From: a phage | Reading direction: 5' to 3' (one strand) | Length of the DNA stretch: 64,000 bases | Sequence record: PZ386951.1 | Part shown: positions 28,824 to 37,745 of the stretch, one piece after another | How the letters are laid out: each line of letters starts with the position of its first letter | Numbering within the stretch: position 1 is the stretch's first letter | Program-made: the position numbers and the translations under genes | The notes under the pieces: model-generated | Databases searched by the model: none | Told to the model about the DNA's origin: nothing | The model's input: only the letters and a program-made list of their open reading frames with translations

Positions 28824-29037
28824 ATTTGACTTCCTCACCAGTACATAAATCATATTCAACTAAACGAATAGGTTCATGAATGCCATATCCCTGAACAGAA
28901 ATTTCTGTCGTAGGATAAATTCCACTAATATCACCCATGTTCCATGCTTCATTAAATTGCTGTTCGCCTGAATTACTAAACCATTCGGCGAAAGCATTTA
29001 GCACATCTTCAGAACCTTCAATAATTATCTTTGCCAT
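28816..29037 (-). CDS. hypothetical acidic protein (73 aa)
   Basis: ORF. Confidence 0.45.
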   Translation of the reverse strand: MAKIIIEGSEDVLNAFAEWFSNSGEQQFNEAWNMGDISGIYPTTEISVQGYGIHEPIRLVEYDLCTGEEVKYD

Positions 29038-29399
29038 TACAAACTCTCGGTAAAGGTACGAGCGATAACGTCGCGCTGCTGTTCCGGAGTCAGAGAGTTA
29101 AAGCGAACTGCATAACCGGATACACGGATGGTCAGTTGCGGATATTTTTCCGGATGCTTAACTGCATCTTCCAGAGTTTCACGACGCAGAACGTTAACGT
29201 TCAGGTGTTGACCACCTTCAATTTTAACTGTAGGCTGTTGCTCAATTTCAATTTCACGGGCATGCAAACCATAGAAAATTTCTGGGTCTACAAAAGAGTC
29301 CTCTTTAAAGGTTTTAGAGACAATAATTCGTGCTTGAATACCATCTTCAAAATAAATAGTACCTTTATGTGTGCCTTCAAGAATTTGATATGCTTTCAT
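29037..29399 (-). CDS. autonomous glycyl-radical cofactor (GrcA/YfiD-like; T4 Y06I-type)
   Basis: 120 aa; C-terminal half ...[60 protein letters not shown] carries the RVSGY glycyl-radical motif and matches E. coli GrcA as recalled. Confidence 0.85.
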   Translation of the reverse strand: MKAYQILEGTHKGTIYFEDGIQARIIVSKTFKEDSFVDPEIFYGLHAREIEIEQQPTVKIEGGQHLNVNVLRRETLEDAVKHPEKYPQLTIRVSGYAVRFNSLTPEQQRDVIARTFTESL

Positions 29400-29406
29400 A
29401 TAAACC

Positions 29407-29736
29407 TCAATTAGAAAATAAATTTATCCAAGATTGTTCTTTAATTAAAAATGGCTCAGAATCATATGCCATTAAACTTTGCGTAATTAGTCCTTTTAAA
29501 GGACCATCAATAAATTCCATGGTAAAATATGGAATTTTATTCATTAGCCGTGCATTAGGAGCAGTACACAAAACTCTGCATCCTTTGAATACGCCTTTTT
29601 GTAATTTGTATTGCTTAGGATAAAATTCGCTCAAAATGTTGTTATTTGCCAAAATTTCAAAATGATTCACCAATTTATTTTTAATAGTTTTTGGCGAAAA
29701 ATAAAGATATTCGAAAAGCTGAGTGTCTGTCATCAT
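29407..29736 (-). CDS. hypothetical protein (~110 aa)
   Basis: Start at the second in-frame Met cluster (MMTDTQ). Confidence 0.45.
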   Translation of the reverse strand: MMTDTQLFEYLYFSPKTIKNKLVNHFEILANNNILSEFYPKQYKLQKGVFKGCRVLCTAPNARLMNKIPYFTMEFIDGPLKGLITQSLMAYDSEPFLIKEQSWINLFSN

Positions 29737-30320
29737 TGCATTCCGATTACGAAAAACTGTGGACGAGTAATACCACCAATACAACATTTACTATTACAGC
29801 AGTACTGCACAGTGTCAATATGGGCACTATAAATCTTATCCATATCAGGAGATTTGACAGGCTCATCAATTATATACAAAATTCGCGAAAGCGATAAACC
29901 TCTGAACTTGCTTCCTTTATTACCGATAAAACTGCGCACAGAATCAGTAAATAAGCGGAATCGAATATCATCATTAGAATAACGCGAAAATTCCTTTTTA
30001 ATGTTATTTGCAGAAATTTTAGCGTAAGCTGAAGTATTAGAAAGAACAATAACTGTTCCGCCGTCATACAACCAATTAGCGGCAAAATTAGTTACTGCAG
30101 TTGATTTACCGGATTGACGTCCACCATCTAGTCGAAGTGTGCAATACTGCTTAAGTAAGTCTTCAAATGGTGGGATATAATCGTTTTTACAAATTTCTTC
30201 TACTCTAGCATCAGAATGGTGTGTAAAAGCATTCATCAGGGATAGATAAGGACCAGTTAAAAATGTTCTCATTTTATTCTCTCTAAATTTGGGCCATTCC
30301 GTGGCGCATGAATTGTCCAT
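29733..30320 (-). CDS. small P-loop NTPase (195 aa or shorter)
   Basis: Walker A GGRQSGKST and Walker B-like ILYIIDEP; start uncertain (no clear RBS at the first ATG). Confidence 0.55.
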   Translation of the reverse strand: MDNSCATEWPKFRENKMRTFLTGPYLSLMNAFTHHSDARVEEICKNDYIPPFEDLLKQYCTLRLDGGRQSGKSTAVTNFAANWLYDGGTVIVLSNTSAYAKISANNIKKEFSRYSNDDIRFRLFTDSVRSFIGNKGSKFRGLSLSRILYIIDEPVKSPDMDKIYSAHIDTVQYCCNSKCCIGGITRPQFFVIGMQ

Positions 30321-30425
30321 TTCTGTATTTACCCATTACCGCACTTGGGCTCGACCTTATTACAGGTTGGCGGGAATCCCTCATAGAATCATGAGGTCCA
30401 GGTTGTTCCCATATTTCTTATTTGC

Positions 30426-30899
30426 TTATTTGAACGATTTAACGTACTGAATAGAACCTTTACTATTCACGAAAGCGATTTTACCATTTTTATTATACAT
30501 GGTAGCAGTACGCTGATAACCATAAGTTTGCTTACCAGATTGATAACCAACTAATGCAAAATTATCTTCACCCATTTTATTCTGTTTAGCACGAATGCGT
30601 TCATGACCATGTGCCATAAGAACCTTAGCATCACCAGTTGCAATGGATCGACGAGTTTTTTCATCTTCAACTGTATTAACAAAATCGTCAAATGAATCAA
30701 ATTTAGCGTGAGATTTATTATACAGTTTTCCATCTACTGCATAATTATATCCCTGTACATCCATCTCAACTTCTGTACCATCATCCAGTACAGCAGTGAT
30801 TTTTTGACCTTTTTTAAATTTCAAAAGATCAGTAAAAGATTCAGCAATAATTTGAGATTTAATAGCTGCTTCAGTGATAAATTCTTGATATGTTTTCAT
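30426..30899 (-). CDS. internal-protein-like gene with capsid-targeting signal (157 aa), not one of ipI/ipII/ipIII
   Basis: N-terminus MKTYQEFITEA is the CTS/gp21-protease cleavage leader shared with ipII and ipIII; same conserved 5' UTR. Confidence 0.6.
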   Translation of the reverse strand: MKTYQEFITEAAIKSQIIAESFTDLLKFKKGQKITAVLDDGTEVEMDVQGYNYAVDGKLYNKSHAKFDSFDDFVNTVEDEKTRRSIATGDAKVLMAHGHERIRAKQNKMGEDNFALVGYQSGKQTYGYQRTATMYNKNGKIAFVNSKGSIQYVKSFK

Positions 30900-30924
30900 A
30901 TGTTTCCTTTAAATGTAAATATTT
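30876..30924 (-). repeat. ~48 bp direct repeat (CTS codons plus 5' UTR), copy 1 of 3
   Basis: gataaattcttgatatgttttcatatgtttcctttaaatgtaaata also at 31662..31707 and 32282..32330. Confidence 0.8.
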
Positions 30925-31325
30925 TTGCCGTAATACTTATACCAGTGCGGCTTCATTAAAATTTTTTCATCGAGTCGTTGTTGACTCAACCTAATAGCTG
31001 ATTTGCATGGATTATAATCATTTTTCCATTCTACTGGAATATCACTGATGTCAGGAACTTCAGTATCTTTTATACTAAACCTGCGTTTTAAGCATTCCGT
31101 TATAATGTCTGATTGACGCTTTCGCAAAAATTCTAACTTATCGTAAAAGAACGTAACATGACCAGAACCTAAAATAAACTCGGAAGATATTTTAAAATCT
31201 TTAACCCGTTTACCATTTGCCACGTGTTTACGAATTATACCAAAAACACGTGGCAATTCACGGTATTCCGCGATTAAATGTTGATCAGCAAGTTCAGATA
31301 CTAAAGTCAAATTAATACGAGTCAT
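30909..31325 (-). CDS. denV: endonuclease V (pyrimidine-dimer DNA glycosylase)
   Basis: 138 aa beginning [17 protein letters not shown], matching recalled T4 endoV. Confidence 0.9.
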   Translation of the reverse strand: MTRINLTLVSELADQHLIAEYRELPRVFGIIRKHVANGKRVKDFKISSEFILGSGHVTFFYDKLEFLRKRQSDIITECLKRRFSIKDTEVPDISDIPVEWKNDYNPCKSAIRLSQQRLDEKILMKPHWYKYYGKNIYI

Positions 31326-31350
31326 TTTACCCCTCCAAGTAATTATGAAT

Positions 31351-31380
31351 ATACTATCACAATTCTAGGAGAAAGTAAAC
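31351..31380 (-). promoter_or_regulatory. early promoter in a stem-loop cassette upstream of denV
   Basis: ~40 bp near-identical to 32355..32394; 8-bp inverted repeat around the -10 (TGaTAGTAT), GTTTAC -35. Confidence 0.5.
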
Positions 31381-31382
31381 TG

Positions 31383-31685
31383 TTATTTACCTTTAATTAC
31401 TTTAGCTGCTTCGATAGCCGCTTGCTGAAGGTCATCCATAGACATACCGAATTTAGAAGCAAAGTTATCAATTTTCTTTTCGACAGCATTCAAAGGCTTG
31501 GCCTGTTTACCTTCATTAGCGCCAGGAAGAGCGAGAATACGCTCTTTGTCAATATAAAGGCTTACAAGTTTCTTACGGTCTTTATCGGACAAATCATGAA
31601 ATGAATGGGCCTTTTTATTTATAGCGGCTTCTAATTTACCTGCACTCACTCGCGCTTCAGTAATAAATTCTTGATATGTTTTCAT
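31383..31685 (-). CDS. ipII: internal protein II
   Basis: 100 aa, N-terminal CTS MKTYQEFITEA; position denV-ipII-ipIII-e as in T4. Confidence 0.8.
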   Translation of the reverse strand: MKTYQEFITEARVSAGKLEAAINKKAHSFHDLSDKDRKKLVSLYIDKERILALPGANEGKQAKPLNAVEKKIDNFASKFGMSMDDLQQAAIEAAKVIKGK

Positions 31686-31707
31686 ATGTTTCCTTTAAAT
31701 GTAAATA
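31662..31707 (-). repeat. direct repeat (CTS plus 5' UTR), copy 2 of 3
   Basis: See 30876..30924. Confidence 0.8.
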
Positions 31708-31726
31708 GGTCTGAGTATTAGCTTTA

Positions 31727-32305
31727 TTAGGAATTACGGGCTGCATTAGCAACGGCATACGCGTACTGAACATTAGCGTCTTTAAACGTACCTTTAGAGG
31801 TATCTATTTCTGCCTTAAAGCCGCCTTTAGTCATAACATCGGCAAATTCTTTACGGAAAGCCATTGCATCAAGACCTTTCCATGATGATTTATGCTTGGC
31901 GAATTCAAGACCAGCGTAGTTGACAGCCTTAGCTAATTTATTATCAATAACCCATTTACCAGCTTTAGGCACAAACTTCGGGCCTTTCTGTTTAGAGAAC
32001 AGTTTTAAATTCCAGCGGCGAAGGTCACTGTCGGCTTTAACAAAAGCTGCGTCTAAGTTACTAGCAACAACATCTTCAATATGAGCAAATTTAAGTCCGT
32101 CAACTTCAATATTTAGATCGGTACGCCAGCGAAGTCCTTCCCAAGCGAAGGCTTTAAAGTCGGAAGCCTTTGTAGCTAAGTACCGTTCAATAGGAGCTGT
32201 TTTAGGGTCAAAGCCGTTTCCTGATCGGTAGGTCCACTCATCTTTGTTAATGCCTTTGGCCTTTACTACAGAAACTTCGGCAATAAATTCTTGATATGTT
32301 TTCAT
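31727..32305 (-). CDS. ipIII: internal protein III
   Basis: 192 aa, CTS MKTYQEFIAEV; basic Lys/Ala-rich; position before e. Confidence 0.8.
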   Translation of the reverse strand: MKTYQEFIAEVSVVKAKGINKDEWTYRSGNGFDPKTAPIERYLATKASDFKAFAWEGLRWRTDLNIEVDGLKFAHIEDVVASNLDAAFVKADSDLRRWNLKLFSKQKGPKFVPKAGKWVIDNKLAKAVNYAGLEFAKHKSSWKGLDAMAFRKEFADVMTKGGFKAEIDTSKGTFKDANVQYAYAVANAARNS

Positions 32306-32330
32306 ATGTTTCCTTTAAATGTAAATATTT
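32282..32330 (-). repeat. direct repeat (CTS plus 5' UTR), copy 3 of 3
   Basis: See 30876..30924. Confidence 0.8.
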
Positions 32331-32364
32331 TAATTAGTAATTGTCTATTCAAGTAATTGTGAAT

Positions 32365-32394
32365 ATACTATCACAATTCCAAGAGAAAGTAAAC
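32365..32394 (-). promoter_or_regulatory. early promoter in a stem-loop cassette upstream of ipIII
   Basis: Near-identical copy of the 31341..31380 cassette. Confidence 0.5.
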
Positions 32395-32398
32395 AACT

Positions 32399-33367
<969 letters not shown>

Positions 33368-33386
<19 letters not shown>

Positions 33387-33856
33387 TCAGTGATAAAGTT
33401 ATTTAAATTTTGAGTATATTTCTTTTCATCAAAAATCTTTTGTTGTCTGCGTAAACGCCATGGCATTTCAATGAACACGCACCATATCCCAGATAATATT
33501 GCTGCTGTAAAAATATTAACAAGTATGGTTAAAAGAATCCAATCTCCTATTCTGTCCATTGGATTTTTTATAAAAAAGTAAAATACGAATGATGTCACAG
33601 GAAGACTAATAATATACCACAGAATCATAATTTTATCTGTGAACCAATCAGCGTTCGTTAACTTAGCGCGACCATTATGAATACACACGAATTTATCATC
33701 TGTTATAATAGATGGCTTAGCTGCTTGATATCCCATTCTAAACTCCCTAATCAACAAATTTTTCATATCTTCGGAACAACCATTCCAGTCAACTCTATCA
33801 ACTGGAATGCCATCATCCCCATCATCTAAATCGTACCAGCGAGTTTTTAAAATCAT
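33368..33856 (-). CDS. membrane protein (162 aa; soluble N-domain, 2 TM, basic C-tail)
   Basis: C-terminus ...FITECRKLK shared with the next two ORFs. Confidence 0.55.
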
Positions 33857-34215
33857 TTAATTTTCCTACAATCACTCACAAACTCTTCCATTGATTCTTT
33901 TTCAATATAAGACATGTAGCTATTATATTCTTTTAATTGTATTTTGTAATCTTTTTTTCTTTGCCAATTTATTTTAAAATTATCATAATGAAAATATAAC
34001 ATGGTACCAAAGAATGAAAATAATGAAATAATTTTAGTATAGTGAAGTTCACTCCAAACTTCTATTATATTTACTGTGCCGTCAATGTTTAAAATAAGAC
34101 AGTCAATTAACAATCCAAAAAGACTACCCGCAAGAGCTGCAGCCAACGCCACAGCAAAAATTAAAAATGACTCAGGAAGCGAATATTTGACTTTATTTAG
34201 TTTTGGCTTTTGCAT
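33853..34215 (-). CDS. small membrane protein (120 aa)
   Basis: 2 TM helices then ...EEFVSDCRKIK. Confidence 0.55.
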   Translation of the reverse strand: MQKPKLNKVKYSLPESFLIFAVALAAALAGSLFGLLIDCLILNIDGTVNIIEVWSELHYTKIISLFSFFGTMLYFHYDNFKINWQRKKDYKIQLKEYNSYMSYIEKESMEEFVSDCRKIK

Positions 34216-34589
34216 CGTGATTCCTTAACAAATTTCATAATTTCATCAAATTCATACGCAGCAAGTTTAAGCTGGTGTTCCTTTTTAATCTTTTCACACT
34301 GTGCTTTCCAATCACGTACGCGTTTACGATAATGTCTTCCTTGATACCAGTATCCTACCCAATTTACAGGTACTAACAAAAGTGGAACTATTAATGGAAG
34401 AATTAGCATTAATACCAGTATTTCGCCAGAATCAATATCAGTCATAACATCTAAAACACCTCCAATAATCAATAGAATTACAAATGATATGAGTATAACA
34501 GGACCTATTAATACATCAGTAGAAATTATCTGACGCTTTAATTCATACTTTAAGGGTTTACTTGGAAGATACATTGATGGCTTTGACAT
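34197..34589 (-). CDS. small membrane protein (~130 aa; start uncertain)
   Basis: 2 TM helices then ...MKFVKESRCKSQN. Confidence 0.5.
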   Translation of the reverse strand: MSKPSMYLPSKPLKYELKRQIISTDVLIGPVILISFVILLIIGGVLDVMTDIDSGEILVLMLILPLIVPLLLVPVNWVGYWYQGRHYRKRVRDWKAQCEKIKKEHQLKLAAYEFDEIMKFVKESRCKSQN

Positions 34590-35166
34590 ATTCTCTACAT
34601 TCCTTAACAAATTTTTCTAGTAATAAATCACTTTCAAAATTAGGATTTTCCACTAATTTATCAAAAAGATCATCAACAATATTCAAGATATTTCTTTTAC
34701 TAAGAATACGTTTATTTTCATGCTTCGTTTCAGAATCAACTATAAGAGTAAAGAAATATTTCTTTCCCTGAAATTTTACTGTAGTATCAATATAGAATAA
34801 ATTTGACTTTTGTAAGTTACGTTTAAACCATGCGTCACTTAAACTATAAACACCGAGATAATCAAAATCGTCGTTTAAATAACATACTGTCCATTCAGGA
34901 GAAATGAAATCAGTAAATTCAACATCAAAATCACACGTCAATGAATGAATTGATTCAATGCTGTTAATAAGTATTCCAGGACGTATTAAAGACTTTTTAC
35001 CTCTAGAAAATCTTCCAGAAAGACTTTCATCAGTTTCATATGAAGAACCCCAATAATAATTACGTCCTTCTGCCATACGTTTAAGAGCATTTAATAATTG
35101 GTCTGGAACATCAACATGTCTTTGGAACTCTTCAAACATTGAATTGAAATCACTTTGCATTTTCAC
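34558..35166 (-). CDS. hypothetical protein (202 aa)
   Basis: ORF. Confidence 0.55.
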   Translation of the reverse strand: MKMQSDFNSMFEEFQRHVDVPDQLLNALKRMAEGRNYYWGSSYETDESLSGRFSRGKKSLIRPGILINSIESIHSLTCDFDVEFTDFISPEWTVCYLNDDFDYLGVYSLSDAWFKRNLQKSNLFYIDTTVKFQGKKYFFTLIVDSETKHENKRILSKRNILNIVDDLFDKLVENPNFESDLLLEKFVKECREYVKAINVSSK

Positions 35167-35207
35167 TCCTATTTACTCCAAGTAATAGGGGCCGAAGCCC
35201 CTTATCA

Positions 35208-35801
35208 TTATTTCAGAGAATTAATATATTCCTGAACATCGGCAGAGGTAGTTTCAACCCCAGAAATATTACCATTAAAGGTTTCAACTCGAGCAAGTGT
35301 GTCTTCAATATCAACCTTAGTCAGTGCTGCAATTTCAACTACATCATCAGCAGTACTAATTCCAAGGGCATTTGCTGCACGAGTTTCACGGATATATTCC
35401 AATTTAACTGCAAGTTCTTGGCGAGCATCATCTAACTCAACTACTTTCTTGGCGATTTCAATTCGCATTTCAGCATAACCATCAGCTTTAGTAGTCAGCT
35501 GTTCAGCTGTTCGACGATATAGCAAACCGAGTTTAGCATGCATTGTTACATCTTGACCTTCGGAAAGAAGCTTGCGAATTTCACGCTCTTTTGATTCGGC
35601 CTGTCGATTCTTTTCGGCAATAAGTTCACGAATACGTTTTTCTTCATTAATAGATTTAACAGAAGCAGTTTTTAGATCTTTAATTTTATCAAGTAGCTTT
35701 GCTGCTGCAGCAGTATACTGTTCTTCAACAGATAGATTTTTAGCCATAGCAGAACCAAGTTTAGTGCGAATAAACTCAACAATTTTCTTCAGTGTGTTCA
35801 T
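35208..35801 (-). CDS. PspA/IM30-like coiled-coil protein (tentative)
   Basis: 197 aa, almost entirely helical; segment DTLARVETF resembles the PspA DEAMARFESF region. Low-complexity similarity only. Confidence 0.4.
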   Translation of the reverse strand: MNTLKKIVEFIRTKLGSAMAKNLSVEEQYTAAAAKLLDKIKDLKTASVKSINEEKRIRELIAEKNRQAESKEREIRKLLSEGQDVTMHAKLGLLYRRTAEQLTTKADGYAEMRIEIAKKVVELDDARQELAVKLEYIRETRAANALGISTADDVVEIAALTKVDIEDTLARVETFNGNISGVETTSADVQEYINSLK

Positions 35802-35865
35802 AGTATTTCCTTAGGTTGATTAAGATTTAAAATCTGTAAAAATTATTATATTCTATCATCAAATT

Positions 35866-35897
35866 ATAGGCTCATAATATCTCAATCATGAGCCTAT
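35866..35897 (-). terminator. 10-bp stem-loop ataggctcat ... atgagcctat downstream of ORF 35904..36179
   Basis: Strong hairpin; downstream tail is A/T-rich but not a clean U run. Confidence 0.35.
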
Positions 35898-35903
35898 GCA
35901 AAC

Positions 35904-36179
35904 TTATTTCATATTATTGAAATATTCTTCTGCGATTTCGTCGTTATCATGGTAAACTTTAGAAGACAGTTTAACATAACCTTCAGCAGTGAACATGTTA
36001 ATCACAACCTTTACAGTATACCACTGACCATCTTCATTACCCATTACTGCGTAAGTTTCAAACATTGGATGATCAGGACCGATAACTTTAATATCATTCA
36101 CTGTACGACCGAAATCTTCTGAAACGCATTTCATAAAGAAGTTGAACAGTTCGCCGTAATTATCCATTTCATTCTCCAA
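35904..36179 (-). CDS. hypothetical acidic protein (91 aa)
   Basis: First gene downstream of the early promoter at 36211..36240. Confidence 0.5.
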   Translation of the reverse strand: MENEMDNYGELFNFFMKCVSEDFGRTVNDIKVIGPDHPMFETYAVMGNEDGQWYTVKVVINMFTAEGYVKLSSKVYHDNDEIAEEYFNNMK

Positions 36180-36210
36180 GTTGTTTTCTGTATCAGTAGT
36201 TGATAGTTGT

Positions 36211-36240
36211 ATAGTACCATGGAAGAACAGAGATGTAAAC
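36211..36240 (-). promoter_or_regulatory. T4-type early promoter cassette
   Basis: Minus strand GTTTACatctctgttcttccaTGGTACTAT; ~65 bp near-identical to the 19375 and 20820 copies. Confidence 0.55.
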
Positions 36241-36374
36241 CGTTTTGTGAAAAAATTTTAAAAATTTTTAGGGAATTCTAGGGTCAGGAGGGGCAATTAA
36301 AAGGTAGGATAATATATTATAAAGGGTATAAACTAAATGATGCCTAGAGAGGCCAAGAAAGGCCTAGATACAAA

Positions 36375-36401
36375 AAATCCCTATCATTTAGATAGGGATT
36401 T
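36375..36401 (-). terminator. intrinsic terminator (11-bp stem aaatccctatc/gatagggattt, then T run on minus strand)
   Basis: Directly after the stop of CDS 36406..36969. Confidence 0.6.
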
Positions 36402-36405
36402 AAAA

Positions 36406-36969
36406 TTATTTACCCAGTTTAGTTATTATAGCTTCGGCAGCAGCTTTTAGCTTAGATGCAGTGTTAATACGATTTTTAATTTCAGTATACGCATCGCCAA
36501 GAACATCAAGGCTATCTGAATAAACACTTACACTATTGCGTTCACTATTTGAAATAGAACCTTTAGTTTTACGATCAAAATCGGTGTACACGTCTTGAAG
36601 ATCGCGGGCTGCCTTCTTTGCATCATCCAATGCATCAAGAGCTTTATTTAAAGCATTAACATATTTTTTAGTGTCAAACATATTCTTAGAAATTTTGACG
36701 GGTGCGCGTTCAGGAGTAGCTAAGGCAGATTTAGGAACCTGAGCGCCTGATGCCAGTTTCTTAGAAATTTTGAAAAATGCTTTATTGAATTTATTTTCTT
36801 GACTCATCGTAAAAGAACTATTATCGATGTTATACATTTCAATAGCTTTAGCTTTCCACTTAAGAAAATCGCCCCGGTCTTTTGGGTCCAAGTGGAAGAA
36901 TACTTTAGTAAGATCTGCTTCAGATGGTAATTTTGCTGCTTCGGTTAAAAATTCGGCATAGGTTTTCAT
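36406..36969 (-). CDS. internal-protein-like gene with capsid-targeting signal (187 aa)
   Basis: N-terminus MKTYAEFLTEAAK (CTS-like, predicted gp21 cleavage after LTE); RBS AAGGA. Confidence 0.55.
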   Translation of the reverse strand: MKTYAEFLTEAAKLPSEADLTKVFFHLDPKDRGDFLKWKAKAIEMYNIDNSSFTMSQENKFNKAFFKISKKLASGAQVPKSALATPERAPVKISKNMFDTKKYVNALNKALDALDDAKKAARDLQDVYTDFDRKTKGSISNSERNSVSVYSDSLDVLGDAYTEIKNRINTASKLKAAAEAIITKLGK

Positions 36970-37062
36970 TTAAAATCCTTGAAATAATTTATCGGTTGGT
37001 TATTAATTATTTATTACTTTGTTATTATCCGTAACAGCATTCTCTATGCGATTCAAACTAAA

Positions 37063-37088
37063 AAGCCCCAACCTTTCGGTCGGGGCTA
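37063..37088 (-). terminator. intrinsic terminator closing the tRNA/stable-RNA transcription unit
   Basis: Minus strand agccccgacc-GAAA-ggttggggct followed by TTTTT. Confidence 0.6.
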
Positions 37089-37089
37089 A

Positions 37090-37400
37090 GCCTTGCGGCA
37101 ACCTTGTCGGGGTTCCACCTGCTAAGGCAAGTGTTTGTACGAAACGCCGGGATTCGAACCCGGTTATTAAGTAGTTGACGCTACTCAATATTTTTAAAAG
37201 GCCATATCTCGACCATATCCGAACGTTCCGTCAAAAACGCTACTCGGCTTACGGCAAAGATATTTCCTCGAATCGATAATTCGGTGCGCCGTTTCTGCTG
37301 TGATGTAAGGGGGCATTAACCGATCGTAAAGATTTGTTAATGCCAGTCCTTACCCAGGGAACATCAGTCCGACGACTTACCGGTAGCGACCCGGTTTCTT
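37090..37400 (-). ncRNA. structured non-coding region with an orphan tRNA-like T-arm (possibly equivalent to T4 stable RNA species C/D)
   Basis: No ORF; canonical T-arm CCGGGTTCGAATCCCGG (plus 37149..37165) but no complete cloverleaf could be folded; 9-bp hairpin attgagtag/ctacttaat nearby. Confidence 0.3.
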
Positions 37401-37403
37401 GTT

Positions 37404-37479
37404 TGGTCGAGGCAGTAGGGATCGAACCTACGACCTAGGACTTAGAAGGTCCTTGCTCTTCCTTCTGAGCTATGCCTCG
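37404..37479 (-). tRNA. tRNA-Arg: tRNA-Arg (anticodon UCU), CCA encoded
   Basis: Manual cloverleaf: acceptor CGAGGCA/TGCCTCG, D-stem GCTC/GAGC, anticodon loop CUUCUAA, T-arm GTAGG-TTCGATC-CCTAC. Confidence 0.85.
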
Positions 37480-37483
37480 GATT

Positions 37484-37558
37484 TGGCGGACGTGATAGGA
37501 TTCGAACCTATAACCAATCGCTTAACAGGCGATCGCTCTGCCATTGAGCTACACATCC
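37484..37558 (-). tRNA. tRNA-Asn: tRNA-Asn (anticodon GUU), CCA encoded
   Basis: Manual cloverleaf: acceptor GGATGTG/CACGTCC, anticodon stem ATCGC/GCGAT, loop CUGUUAA, T-loop TTCGAAT. Confidence 0.8.
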
Positions 37559-37562
37559 AAAT

Positions 37563-37649
37563 TGGTGGGGAGTGATGGAGTCGAACCACCCGAGTCGCAA
37601 TGACAATGGATTTACAGTCCACACCGCTACCTCTACGGGATAACTCCCC
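37563..37649 (-). tRNA. tRNA-Tyr: tRNA-Tyr (anticodon GUA), type II long variable arm, CCA encoded
   Basis: Acceptor GGGGAGT/ACTCCCC; anticodon arm GTGGA-CUGUAAA-TCCAT; variable arm resembles E. coli tRNA-Tyr. Confidence 0.8.
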
Positions 37650-37661
37650 TAATTCATAATT

Positions 37662-37736
37662 TGGTGGCCCTGGGTGGAATTGAACCACCATCTGGCGATT
37701 ATGAGTCGCTTGCTTGAACCTTCCAGCTACAGGGCC
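37662..37736 (-). tRNA. tRNA-Ile: tRNA with CAU anticodon (Ile2/lysidine-type or Met)
   Basis: Acceptor GGCCCTG/CAGGGCC; anticodon arm GCGACUCAUAAUCGC as in E. coli tRNA-Ile2. Confidence 0.75.
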
Positions 37737-37745
37737 AAATTTTTC

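Noticed and set aside
30321-30425. tRNA or tmRNA in the GC-rich spacer
   Set aside because: No acceptor, D or T-arm arrangement could be folded; only a single short hairpin.
37003-37691. ORFs 37003..37188 (-) and 37470..37691 (-)
   Set aside because: They overlap the GAAA-loop terminator and four manually folded tRNAs; GC-rich structured RNA commonly yields spurious ORFs.
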